A stretch of 63,725 nt of DNA, filler included, from Reclinomonas americana ATCC 50394 (GCA_048213135.1; 17 parts of 17 records of this genome joined end to end with filler, not necessarily neighbours in it), one strand, 5' to 3'. Positions 12,935 to 26,126 are shown, counted from the whole stretch's first letter. The notes: generated by a model from the sequence alone, not told the origin. Program-made: numbers and translations.

Positions 12935-15900
12935 TCACTGATTAAGCGCACCGGCCTCTCTTGCTCTTCGTCGGCAATCCTCCAACCGCATGAGGGCATT
13001 CGCTGTATCTGGATGCTGTTCACCAAGCACCGCTCGCCGACCATCCACACACTCCACCAGCAGTGCCTCTGCCTCGGCCCATCGCTGCAGCTTCACAAGC
13101 AGGTCACCGAAGTTGTACATTGTCAACAGCGTGTATTCATGCCTGTCACCCAGTACCTCACGCCGACCCTCCAAGCACCCATGAACCAAATCAGCAGCTT
13201 CTGCCAATGATTCTAGTGTGCTTCGACGATACAGTGCACCAGCAAGATTGTTCATCGATGTGAGAGTGTCTGGATGCAGATCGCCCACTGCGACTCGCAT
13301 CAGCTGCAAACATTCTCGTTGAAGTCGAATCCTCTCCTCCAGTCGACTGCCATCTCGGATACATAAAGCAACAGCACCCATGGATACAAGGGTGTCAGGA
13401 TGCTCAGCTCCAAGAACTAGTCGTCGCATCTCCCAGCATCGTCGGAAGAGTGTCTCAGCCTCAGCATGTCGCTCCCGATTATAGTGGTACAACGCCTGAT
13501 TGTGCTGAGTCATCAGCGAGCCCGGATTACTCTCTCCAAGTGTCTCACACTGCCACTCATGACACTGCACCAGCCCTGGCAAGTTGTCTGAATGATAAGC
13601 AAACCACATCAAGCAGCGAAATGCGTCAATCGTATCGAGCACAATCATCTCGCTTCTGTCATCCCTCTCCCACTCGTCGAACAAGCGCCACGCATGTTCC
13701 CACGCTGCTTCGCATTCATCCCACCGACGAAGCATATTAAACAGCCATGCTTGACACTTGGCCATCACGATGCCCAATAGTCGTCTCAATGGACTCGTCT
13801 CAACGCCACCATCTCCACGTCGTACATACTCAGTTCCGCGTCGCACAAGCGACAAGGCCACTGCTTTATCGAATCCGGCGGAAGGCAATTTGTCACTGGC
13901 ACACAACTTACCGATCCACTCCAGCGCCCCACACTGCACCAGCAGCCCATTCACACCAACAGCATCACTCGCCCACATGCCATCATCCTCGCCCAACCGT
14001 CGCCACACTGCGTGCAGCACACCGAGCAAGTCGCGTGATACCAACAACACACCATCGCTGTCCATCTGTGAGTCAATGCCATCCAGCACACAGCACACCA
14101 GTCGCAAAATCAATCGCTGCATCCGTGACACGGCATCGCCACACCGTCGCACAATCCACCCAGCAATCTCATCGTGCACTCGATATTCCATCGCCTCGTT
14201 GCTCTCCCTCACTTGCTCGCCACATAGCACACGAACGACGCTGTCCATGCTGCTACTAACACCAACCGTCACCAGATTCGACATGCACAGACCCTCCAGC
14301 ACATCCTCCACCTCGTCATCACCTCTACCACCAATCAGCAACTCATTACGGCGTGCACGCACCCGCTGCTCCTCCTTTACGTTCATCTCATCAAACTGCA
14401 GTCGCTCACCCACCACCTCGGGTGCACGCCTCCGTCTCTCCTGCGCCAGCTCATGCATGCGCAGTCGACGCACACACTGACCCAACTCCACCAGTCGACT
14501 TGCCGTCTCCTCATCTTCATCCACAGCAGCACGCTCACCAACATCACCACCACCCACAGCCACCGTCATATCGGGAATCACTCGCAACACACCCAGCGCC
14601 ACTCGTGCAAGTGCCACTGTCACTGGCAAGCCGAGTTCCTTGCATGCCGTGATCAACACCAACAGGCGACGGGCTGCTGCTGTCTGCGACATCACATTGC
14701 GTTCAAGCAGCTGCGACAGTGCATCACCACCAATGCCATTCAGCACCTCCTCCAGTCGTGCACCCACTAGCTGCGCTGGTGATTGTGACAGCAACCAGCT
14801 GAATGACAAGAAGAAGAGAGGGAGAGAAGAGTGAGTCTTCTCATCCACACCACGTACTCACTCACTCACTCACCCAACACATGCACTCACTCGCAGTGCA
14901 CTCTTCTCCTGCTGTCCACTCTCCAGCGCCTCCACAATCCGTCGTCGCACATCCCCCGACGCCTTGTGGAGCAGTCGCTCCTCCACCAGCTGCACAATAT
15001 CCTCGTTCTCCACACTCTCCACTCGCACGCACTCGACCTCCGCCTCGTGCATCATCGAGTCGCGAATCTCATCCGCCACCCGCCCATATCGACTCGTCAC
15101 CACAACAATCTGGGCCACTAGTCCGCCTGCGCATAGACACGCATGATGCACATCAAGTCAGGATCCAACATTCGACCAAGAATGAGAGAATTCTTCATGA
15201 CACAACGCACCCTCATCAGCACATTGAACAACACTCCTCACTTGCTCCGCCGATCCCACATTGTCCAGTACCATCACTCCACTCGATGCGTGCATCAGGT
15301 GTCGCAGCAGACGACGTGCTGGTTCCACCTCGCCACTCGCCAGCAGCGCATCCACCTGACCGGCCATCCTTCGTCCCTCGACTTCATCCGCTCGCATCTG
15401 CGCCGTCACAAAGGCACGCAGACACTCGCCCAGAGCACTCTCCGCCTGCAGCACGAGGCAGGTAGAAAGCCAGAGTTAGAATAACAGCAGAAGGGATGAC
15501 GCAGCATTTAAGACAACATGCATGTCCCTCAGCACACCTTCACATGCTCCCGCTTATCACCCACATGGCCACGCATCTCCACCGACACGGCCGATCTCTT
15601 CCATCGACGAGTCGCCAGCAACTCGGTCACCAGCAGCTCGGCCAAGAACGACTTACCAGTGCCACCATCGCCCGTCAGCACCACACTGATTGGACGATGT
15701 GCTGTGCATAAAGCATCACCACAGACAACAAGATGAGACACATGAATGTGGAAGGAGGCAGGGAGAAAGAGAAGGAACACCCAACCTTCAACAGCATCCA
15801 CAACGCGTGTGGCGAGTGAGGCCGCCAGGGCACGGCGGCTGGGGAAGCGGAATGCGGTCACTAGATTGACGGTGCGGGCGACGAGTGGTGTCATAGGCAG

Positions 15901-17300
15901 ATGGCTGCTCTCTGGTGCTGTGGCACAGAGAGGAGTGAGTTTATGAACACAACAATGCATCAAATGCAGATCTATCATGGAGCGCACCTGCAGCTGAGGG
16001 AGAAGAGGGCGAGATGGTCATCTGGTCGTCTCCTTCGTGCACTTCCATTCGCATCTAATCAATCACATGAAAGTGAGAAACAATATCTGCAAGCGACCAC
16101 ATCTGCATGCAGATCTACACAACTTGCACCACATTGGCTGCTATCGACGCTTGGTCTGCTTGACTCAGTGCGCCTGCATTCACACAATCAAGACAGCATC
16201 AGCTTCCACAATCCGTCAAATCATCAGCCATCTCTCTCCTCTCTCTCACCATCACGAGCCTCGTTCAGCTGCACCACCGATTCCTCCTCCACATCCCTGC
16301 CAATCTGCAGTCGCCGCACAAGCTGGTGCAACTCGCCTTCTCCGCCAGTCGTCCCGTCACCGAGCAGAGGCACAAAGAGTGCACGAGCTCGTGCGGGACT
16401 CGCCTCCTCAAACACCTCCCTCATTCGCTCAATCGCATTGCGCTGTGACGATGAGAGAATGAGAGGCACAATCGCACAGAGTGGGATATCACACTCCTCC
16501 TCCTTCCCATCTCCTCTCATTCCCACAAACACTCACCACATCGCCAGCTGGAATCAGACGATCTGGCTCGTCACTCGGGTGCTCTTGATGACCCACCAGC
16601 AGCAAGATCGAGCAGCACAGCATCGCATCAAACGAACTGCAGTCGTACAGCTGGCCTCGTTGACGCCACTCGTGCACCGTCTGGCGCTCCTTCTCGTTCA
16701 ACTGGACACACTTGTCCACTCCGTCTGGCATGGTGCTGCATAAGGGAAGAAGGCACAACGGAAAGAGGATGCTGGTGAGTGAGGGATATGTGTGTGACAA
16801 GAAGAGAGGGTAGATTCATCAGGGATAGAATGTGGAGTTATGTGTGGTGAGACAATGGAGAGTGTGAAAATGGGGAGAAAGGGATGACCAGAGCATTACA
16901 ATCGGCCATTTGCTCGTGACAATCATCTCCCTTCCTGTCTTCTCCATCGTGCCATCGTGTGCTTCCCCATCCTTCCCATACACTCACCGCACATCACGCT
17001 CACTCGGCGCCTTGCACCAATCGGCGACGTGATTCACACCGGGATACGAATCGAGAAATGCCGGCAGCACTTGCTCAAGTTTCGATTGCAGAGCGCGGGT
17101 GCAGGGACGAGACAGTGCTTTGGCGAGGCGAATCATGCACTCCTCGTCACCGGCATCGTGACGATGACTGCACAAGAGAGGAGAGGAGAGTGGCAGGGAA
17201 CGAATCACACACGATGTGAGAATGATGGTGATGATGCATCTGACAACAACACAACGAGAGAGACACGCAACTCACGCGGCACTCCACTCCCACTCGCCAT
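12935..17300 (-). CDS. NLR-like NB-ARC-TPR protein copy 2
   Basis: Same exon structure as copy 1: GDGGTGKS, VMVLDNV, IVVVTSR, TPRs (VGDLHPDTLTSMNNLA). Confidence 0.88.
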
Positions 17301-17777
17301 GATGATGCGTCACAATAGCAAGGACAACAACAAGCACACTGACAAGATGCACAGGGGAATGACACGCGNNNNNNNNNNNNNNNNNNNNNNNNNNNNNNNN
17401 NNNNNNNNNNNNTTAATTAATTAANNNNNNNNNNNNNNNNNNNNNNNNNNNNNNNNNNNNNNNNNNNNAAATGCAACAGCTCACTCTTCTCTCCTTTTCT
17501 CTCTCACACACGCACGCACACAGTGGGGAATGACACTGACACACAACAGAACAAAGAACACACGAGCTCACGCTCAACAACACAACACACCGACTCTGTT
17601 ACACATTGTGGGACATAACTTCGACGGAATTCTTCGGTGTGCTGGCTCACAAGAAAGGAAGAGCGTGTTGCAGAGCAGAGACATGCGCTTATGTATACAC
17701 CATGTCAAGACGCTGTCGACGGTGGAATCATCGGAGAACAAGATGTAGCGTCGAGAGAATGACAGTACATTGCCTAT

Positions 17778-20700
17778 TCACAACATCACACCAGCCACTC
17801 TTGCACGCCGTCGGCACCTCGCCAGCCACTTAATAGCCTGCACCGTCTGCAGATGCTCTGCACCCAACACCGCTCGCCGACCATCCACACACTCCACCAG
17901 CAGTGCCTCTGCCTCGGCCCACCGTTGTTGCTTCATGAGTAGGTCACCGTAGCTGTACATCAACTGCAATGTTCTGTCGTGCCTGTCACCCAAGACTTCC
18001 CGGAATCCCTCCAAGCACTCACAGTACAAAAGAGCAGCTTCTAAATGGGAGTCTGGCCTGTCTTGCTCATAAAGAGAAACTGCAAGATTGTTCATCGAGG
18101 TTAGAGTGCTCGGATGCCGATCACCCAGAGATGCTCGCTTCAACTGCAAGCATTCCCGGTCAAACTGAATCGCTTCCTCCAGACGACTGTCATCTTGGAT
18201 ACATGAGGCAACACCGGTCATGGATGCCAACGTATCCGGGTGCTCAACACCGAGAACAAGTCGCCGCATCTCCCAGCACTCTCGATATAATGTCTCTGCG
18301 TCAGCGTAGTGCTTTTGATAATAAAGATGGTTGCCCAGCCAATGAAGAGTCGATATCGAGTCTGGATGGCTCTCACCCAAAGCTGCACACTGCCGCTCAT
18401 GACACTGAATCTGCAATTGCAAGTTGCCTGACCAGCAAGCAAACGACAGTAAGCAGCGAAATGCGTCAATCATATCCAGCACAGTCATCTCGCCACTGCC
18501 ACCTATCTCCCACTCCTCGCACAATCGCCACGCCAGCTGGCAGGCAGCATTGCGATCATTCCACTCACGAAGCAGCTCAGACAACCATGCTCGACAAGTT
18601 GACGTCAAAATGGAGAATCGACGGCATATTCGACTCACATCACCAGCACTATCTGCACGTTTTGCGCACACAGTAACACGCCGCACAAGCGACGAGGCCA
18701 CTGCTGTGTCAAATCCCGCCGACGGCAGATGTTGCTTGCCACACTGTGCCCCAATCCACTCCAGAGCCCCACACTGCACCATCAACCCGTTCACACCAAC
18801 TGCATCACTCGCCCACATGCCATCATCATCACCCAACCGTCGCCACACTGTGTACAGCACACTGAGCAAGTCTCGCGACACCAACAGCACACCGTCACTG
18901 TCATTCCACAGATCAACGCCATTCAACACACAGCACACCAGTCGCACAATCAGCCGCTGCACTCGTGACACGGCATCCCCACACCGTCCCACAATCCACC
19001 CAGCAATCTCGTCGTGCACTCGATACTCCACCGCCACGTTGCTCTCCCTCACTTGCTCACCACACAACACACGAGCCACACTGTCCATGCTGCCACTGAC
19101 ACCCACTGTCACCAGACTCGACAAGCACAGACCCTCCAGCACATCCTCCACTCCGTCGTCACCACCTACCAACTCATCACGTCGTGCACGCACTCGCTGC
19201 TCCTCCTCCTCACTCATCTCGTCAAACTGCAGTCGCTCACCCACCACCTCGGGTGCACGATGCCGTCTCTTCTGCGCCACCTCGTGCAATCGCAGTCGAC
19301 GCACACACTGACCCAACTCCACCAGTCGACTTGCCGCCTCCTCATCTTCATCACCACCATCCACAGCCATCGTTATATCAGGAATCACTCGCAACACACC
19401 CACAGCCACTCGCGCAAGTGCCACTGTCACTGGCAAGCCGAGCTCCTTGCATGCCATGATCAGCACCAACAGTCGACGTGCTGCTGCTGTCTGTGACATC
19501 ACATTGCGTTCTAGCAGCTGTGACAGTGCATCGCCACCAAGGCCACTCAGCACCTCCTCCAGCCGCGGCCCCACCAGCTGTGCCGTAGACTGTGACAGCA
19601 ACCAGCTGCATGATGAAGAGGAGAACACAGAAGAAGAAGAGTGAGTCGTCTCATCCGCAATACTCACTCATTCATAGCACTCACCCAACACATGCACTCA
19701 CTCGCAGTGCACTCTTCTCCTGCTGTCCACTCTCCAGCGCCTCCACAATCCGTCGTCGCACATCCTCCGACACGTTGTGGAGCAGTCGCTCCTCGACCAG
19801 CTGAACAATGTCCTCGTTCACCACACTCGCCACTCGCACACACTCCACCTCCGCCTCGTACGTCATCGAGTCACGAATCTCATCCGCCACTTGTGCATTT
19901 CGACTCGTCACCACCACAATCGGTGCTACCAGGCCACCTGCACACAGCCAGGCACATGATGTACATCAAGTCAGGATCAAACATCCAAGCAAGAATGAGA
20001 ATTCTTAATCATGACACACTCACCCTCATCAGCACATTGAACAACACTCCTAACTTGCTCTGACGATCCCACATTGTCCAACACCATCATTCCGCTCGAT
20101 GCGTGCATCAACTGGCGCAGGAGACGACGTGCTGGTTCCACCTCGCCACCCGCCAGCAGCGCATCCACCTGACCGGCCATCCTTCGTCCCTCCACTTCAT
20201 CCACTCGCATCTGCGCCGTCACATAGGCACGCAGACACTCGCCGAGAGCACTGTCCGCCTGCAGCACGAGGCAGGTAGAAAGCCAGAGTTAGAATAACAG
20301 CAGAAGGGATGATGCAGCACGAAAGACAACACGTATGCTCCTCAGAGCACACCTTCACATGCTCCCTCGCATCACTCACATGACCACGCATCTCCACCGA
20401 CACGGCCGATCCCTTCCAACGACGAGTGGCCAGCAATTCGGTCACCAGCAGCTCGGCGAGGAACGACTTGCCAGTGCCGCCATCGCCCGTCAGCACCACA
20501 ATGATTGGATGGTGTGCTGTGCAAGGTGCAACAATCATCAGACAACATGATGAGACACATGAATGTGGGGGAAGAAAGGATGTAAGAGTAGATATACCCA
20601 ACCTTCCATAGCATCCGCAATGCGTGTAGCGAGTGAAGCGGCCAGCGCACGCCGACTCGGGAAGCGGAATGTGGTCACTGGATTGATGGTGCGGGCCATG

Positions 20701-22125
20701 AGCGGTGTCTTGAGTGGTCGACTGCTGTCTGGTGCTACGTGGTCCAAGGGGAGTGCGAGTGAGCAAGGCAATGCACACTTCAATGCAGGTCCATCATGGA
20801 ACACACCTGCAGCAGAAGGAGAAGAGGGGGAGATGCTCATCTGGTCGTCTCCTTCGTGCACTTCCAATCGCATCTGATCAGCCACAAGCAAGTGAGAAAC
20901 GATGAGTCATCTGCAAGCGACCGCCGCTTCACGCGAATCCACACAACTTGCTCCACGTGTTCCAGCAGCAATGACTGGTCTGCTTGACTCAGTGCACCTG
21001 CATGCACACACAAGCAAGAGAGCATCAGCTTCCACATTAAACTAAATCATCCACACACAAGCACCAAATCTCCCTCCACTCACCATCACGAGCCTCGTTC
21101 AGCTGCGCCACCAGCTCCTCCTCCACATCCCTGCCAATCTGCAGTCGCTGCACAAGCTGATGCAACTCGCCCTCTCCTCCTCCTCCGCCACCGAGCAGAG
21201 GTACAAAGAGTGCACGAGCTCGTGCAGGACTCGCCTCCTCAAACACCTCCCTCATTCGCGCAATCGCATCGCGCTGTGACAATAAGAAAGTGAGAGGTAC
21301 AATCACACAGAGGGAGATCACACTTCTCCTCCTCCTTCTCATTTCACACACGCACCACATCGCCTGCAGAATTCAGACAATCCGGCTCGTCTCTCGGATG
21401 CTCTTGATGACCCGCCAACAGCAAGATCGAGCAGCACAGCATCGCATCAAACGAACTGCAGTCGTGCAGCTGGCCTCGTTGACGCCACTCGCGCACCGTC
21501 TGGCGCTCCTCCTCGTTCAACTGGACACACATGTCCACTCCGTCGGGCATCGTGCTGCATGCGGGGAAAGGCACAAAGAAATGAGAGGATGCTGGTGAGT
21601 GAGGGAGTAAGTGTGACAAGAAAGAGAGGAGTTCATCAGGGATAGAATGTGGAGACGAGCGTGGTGAGATAATGAAGAGAGCGAGAATGGGGAAGAAGGG
21701 ATGACCAGTGCGTCACTATGTGCCACTTGCTGGTGGCAATCTCATTCACATCTCCCATCTGCATCTTGCCATTGTGTGCTTCCCACATCTTTCCCCACAC
21801 ACTCACCGCACATCCCGCTCACTCGGCGCCTTGCACCACTCGGCGACGTGATTCACACCGGGATACGAATCGAGAAACGCCGGCAGCACTTGCTCGAGTT
21901 TGGATTGCAGAGCGCGGGTGCATGGATGAGACAGTGCATTGGCAAGGCGAATCATGCATTCCTCGTCACCAGCATCGTGATGATGACTGCACGAGAGAAG
22001 AGAGGAGGAGAGTGGCATGGAAACGAATCACACACACAATGTGAGAATGATGATGATGATGCATCTGACAACAACACAACGAGAGAGACACTCAACTCAC
22101 GCGGCACTCCACTCCCACTCGCCAT
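17778..22125 (-). CDS. NLR-like NB-ARC-TPR protein copy 3
   Basis: Same exon structure: GDGGTGKS, MMVLDNV, IVVVTSR, TPRs (LGDRHPSTLTSMNNLA). Confidence 0.88.
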
Positions 22126-22449
22126 GATGATGCGTCACAACAAGAGCAACAACAGCAGCACACTGACAAGATGCACGGGGAATGACAAGCTNNNNNNNNN
22201 NNNNNNNNNNNNNNNNNNNNNNNNNNNNNNNNNNNTTAATTAATTAANNNNNNNNNNNNNNNNNNNNNNNNNNNNNNNNNNNNNNNNNNNNTCCCTCCTT
22301 CCCTCCCCTCCTTCTCTCTGCATCGATGACCCGCGGGTTGCCAGCTGCCTCATGTTCTCTACCACCGCCAATGACGATCTGTGACGATGATTCATGTAGA
22401 GACTCTCCACCAGTGTCACACATCTCCCCCCTTCGTCTCCACGTGCACT

Positions 22450-22602
22450 TCAGTAGCTTCCGGCCGTCGTGGTCGTCGAGTCAGGCGCAGTGATGGTGGT
22501 GGTGACACCATTGGCGGTCGTGTACGTGCCGCCCGTGCTCGCAGCGGCGCCTGCGTCAGAGACGGCGGCGCTGATTCCAAAAAGGGCGTCGAGGGCTTCC
22601 AT
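22450..22602 (-). CDS. Microprotein P1 (50 aa) MEALDALFGISAAVSDAGAAASTGGTYTTANGVTTTITAPDSTTTTAGSY
   Basis: GC-rich coding-like island after a pyrimidine tract and TAG|ACATT-ATG. Clear paralog of P2, with many synonymous third-position differences. Confidence 0.75.
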   Translation of the reverse strand: MEALDALFGISAAVSDAGAAASTGGTYTTANGVTTTITAPDSTTTTAGSY

Positions 22603-23759
22603 AATGTCTATAGAGAGGGAGGGAGGGTGAGGGAGATGAAACAAGAGAATGAATGAAAGGAGAAGGGAGGGGGGAAGAGAGAGGAAGGAGGCAGGGGGGA
22701 GAGAGTGAAGAGAGAGAGAGAGAGGGAGAGGAACGGGGGAGGGAGATGATAAAGAGAATGAAGGTGTACATATGGGAGAGACAGAGAAGGAGGCAGGGGG
22801 AGAGAGAGAAGGAGAGAGTGTGTGAGAGAGAGAATGGCATATGAAAGGAGACGGGAAGGGGAAGAGAGAGGAAGGAGGCAGGGGGAGAGAGTGAAGAAAG
22901 AGAGACCGCTGCGTGTGAGAGAGCGCAAAGTATGGGCACAAAAGATGCGCATACGCACACACGCAATGTGGCATACGAAGCGCGTGTGTGAATGCGAGAG
23001 AATGTGTATGTATGTGCGAGAGAGAGGGGGAGTGCGAGAGTGCGAATGAGTGTGAGAAGTATTGATCATAATAAGCATGCAGAGCGTGCGTGTGTTGAGA
23101 GAGAGAAAGAATGCATCTGTGCGTGTGCGGGAGAGGGAGAGGGAGAGAGTGAGACACACCTTGCGCGCTACAAAAAAGTGAGTGATTGTCGGACGGGACC
23201 GATACAGCGTGCGAAGGCGGGGGTGCTGTGGGAGGACTGCAAAGCCCTGAGTCACGTGAGTCTTGGTGTTGTACCATGTTGGTCTCCTGCTCCTGAATTG
23301 CAAAGCTTGGTTCGTGGCCACTGCAGATGCTTCGCGATATCAGATCCGGCCGGATCTAAGCCCTTTGCTTGCCCCGGCTTTGCTTGTCTGGCTTGTGGCC
23401 TCCACAGCTTCGTTGCTTGCCTCACAGGTCCAATGCCCGCTATGGCCGTTTACCGACCATTATATCCTTTGCTGAGCGCATAGCTGTAAGTGCAACTGCA
23501 AGACGGCGCTGGGTCACACTTTTAAGGTACTCCTGAAACTCGGCGATTGCTGGGCGACTGCTGGCAAGGAGGTGAGACAGATCGAAGGCGCACGCAGCAT
23601 TCCCTATCAATATCAAAGGCCAGCTTGCGCTCCACCGGCCCATGCCTGGGGGCGACAGAAGACAAGAAAGAGGAGAAAAGAAGATGAAGCGAAGAGGAGA
23701 AAAAGGGAACAGAACGAGAAGACTGCAGTGGTCATCAAGACACTTTGTTGGTGAATGAA

Positions 23760-24290
23760 TTGCTGTTGTAGAGGAAACGAGATGACAAAAGAAGAAAAGA
23801 GGCGAGATGAGATGAGAGGATGGAACAGAACACCGCAGCGCAGATCAACACACAAGTTGCCTTGCGAATTCCAATAGTAGGAGGAGAGAAGAGAGAAAGA
23901 CAGGAGAGGAGGAAACGAGATGACAAAAGAGGCGAGAAGAGATGAGAAGAGAAGAGAGGACGGAACAGAAGGAAGAGCCACCACCGCGCAAATCAACACG
24001 CAGTTGCCTTGCGAACTCAAATAAACGAGAGAAGAGAAAAGGGAAGAGAAGAGAGAAAGACAGGAGAGGAGGAAACGAGATGACAAAGAAGAAAGAGATG
24101 AGAAGAGAAGAGAGAGACGGAACAGCCACCAGCGCAGATCACCACACAAGTTGCCTTGCGAATTCGAATAAACGAGAGAAGAGAAAAGGGAAGAGAAGAC
24201 AGGAGAGGCGAGAAGAGATGAGAAGAGATGAGAGGATGGAACAGAACGCCAGAGCGCATATCAACACACAAGTTGCCTTGCGAATTCATA
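23760..24290. repeat. Tandem repeat, 4 copies of a ~120-150 bp unit
   Basis: Core gcagatcaacacacaagttgccttgcgaattc recurs near 23840, 23990, 24135 and 24258, separated by GA-rich linkers. Confidence 0.85.
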
Positions 24291-24345
24291 TTGTTGACGT
24301 GCCACGAAACACTCTCTCTTCTCTCTCTCTCACACATCCTCCCTC

Positions 24346-24501
24346 TCAGTAGCTTCCCGCCGCAGGCACATCCGGCACCGTGGTGACCGTGGTGACGCCA
24401 CTGGCGGTGGTGTAGGTGCCGCCCGTGCTCGCGGCGGCGTTGGCGTCAGAGACAGCGGCGCAGTCGGCGCCTCCGCTGAAAAAGTTGACGAGGAATTCCA
24501 T
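24346..24501 (-). CDS. Microprotein P2 (51 aa) MEFLVNFFSGGADCAAVSDANAAASTGGTYTTASGVTTVTTVPDVPAAGSY
   Basis: CAG|ACACT-ATG. Shares AAVSDA.AAASTGGTYTTA.GVTT and the terminal AGSY* with P1. Confidence 0.75.
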   Translation of the reverse strand: MEFLVNFFSGGADCAAVSDANAAASTGGTYTTASGVTTVTTVPDVPAAGSY

Positions 24502-25392
24502 AGTGTCTGTGGAGAGTGAGAGAGAGAGAGGGTGGGAGAGAGAAGAGAGGGGGAAGAGTGGGAGAGAGAGAGAGAGAGTGAGAGAGAGAAGAGAGGGTAT
24601 GAGAGAGTGAGAGAGACAGAGAGTGAGAAGAGAGAGGGGAAGAGAGGCGGAGGAGAGCAAGAGAGAGAGAGCGAGAAGAGAGAGAGAACGAAGAGAAGGG
24701 AGTGTGAGTGAGTGAGAGAAGAGTGTGAAAGAGAGTGAGTGACAGAGAGAGCGTGTGCGGGTGTGAGAGAGAGTGAGTGAGAGAGTGTGTGTGTGAGAGA
24801 GAAAAAGTGAGTGAGAGAGTGAGAGAGTGTGTGTGTGGGAGAGAGAGAGTGAGTGTGTGTAAGAAGAAGGAACTGGACAGACTATATTGATGAGCGCCAA
24901 CATGCGCGCGCGCGACACACACGCACACACAGGTGGGAACACACATACACGTGCAGCATTAACCACAACACGCACCTTGTGTTTGCGTGCGAGTGAGCGT
25001 GTATGTGCGTGAGACAAGATTCAGAGATGTGTTCGTCCCCCACTCGACGTCGACGGCCTCTCCTCGTGTATTCTCGCTTGCCCCTTGTGCAAGGTTGTGA
25101 GTTTGCTTTGTTTGTTTCAAGGTCGGTGGCAAGCACGAAAGCAAGAGTGGGAGTGCGAAGTTGTTTCGCCGCAAAGAAAAGTCGTCGACAGTCGCTGTTT
25201 GTTCGAGAATGCAGACCCGCACTCACTGCACTGGCAAGAGACGCCACCACTGCCTATCACGATCCACGCAGCGTGGCAAATCGCAAAAGACACTCAAGAG
25301 ACGCGCGCGCATTTCACACACACACGCAATCACAAAATGCCTCTTTTCCCGTTTCTCCACTCCTCCTCACTGCGAGCTCCTCATGCCTGTGA

Positions 25393-25566
25393 TCAGAAGC
25401 GGAGAGCATCCTCGAAGCTGTCGACGAGGTTGCCGAAGCCGGTGACGATGCTGCCGCTCACCTGAGCGGCAGTGGGGAACGTCAGCAGCGGTGTCGAGCC
25501 GGTGCCCTGCGCGGGCGCTGCGTCGGAAACAACCGCGGCCATGGCAGGGGCGTTGTAGTTGTCCAT
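25393..25566 (-). CDS. Microprotein P3 (57 aa) MDNYNAPAMAAVVSDAAPAQGTGSTPLLTFPTAAQVSGSIVTGFGNLVDSFEDALRF
   Basis: Hand translation (below the ORF-track cutoff). High GC3, AVVSDA motif. Confidence 0.65.
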   Translation of the reverse strand: MDNYNAPAMAAVVSDAAPAQGTGSTPLLTFPTAAQVSGSIVTGFGNLVDSFEDALRF

Positions 25567-26126
25567 TTGTTGATAGTTGGTGGCTGTGTGCGAGGGGGTG
25601 AGGGGAAAGGGCGTGAGGGAAAGGGAAAGCGAGAGGGAGATATTGGGGTGTCAAAAATGAGTGGCGCTGCTGAGCATGTGGCGGTGTGAGTTCGTGTGTG
25701 TAGGTTAGAGGAGGAGAAGGAGGGCGAGTGATTGAGAGAGGGTGGAGAAGAGAGCGAGTGTGGGTGAGAGTGAGAGAGGAAGTGGACAAAACTCTGCTGC
25801 TTGTACACACACACCGGCGCGCACGAACACGCTCAGCACTCGCTCATCACACACACAAACATGCACTCATATCACGCACGCCAAGCACACACCTTTGCTT
25901 TTCGTGCGAGAAGAACTGAAGGGCTGCTTGTTCGCACTTCACCACCCGTCCAGCCAACAAACATGCACACCATGGCAAGGCGAAGCATGCCATGCCATTA
26001 CGACCTGCAAGACATCATGACTGTGCTGCTGGTTCGTCGACACCATGCCGGCATCGATATTGGGAACTGCAGAAAGCTGCATTGCATTCACTACTCTCGC
26101 TAAGAGACCCCAAGCGCCCTTGCTGC

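Noticed and set aside
8980..19311. Long plus-strand ORFs repeated three times (8980-9702, 13758-14480, 18424-19311)
   Set aside because: Antisense shadows of the NLR last exons.
22292..26085. Extra short minus-strand ORFs: 22423 into the gap (..SQIVIGGG..), 23643-23440 (..PLILIGNAA..) and ~26085-25939 (MQLSAVPNIDAG..)
   Set aside because: Only partial motif similarity and no M-D/E start; left out of the family count pending an HMM scan.
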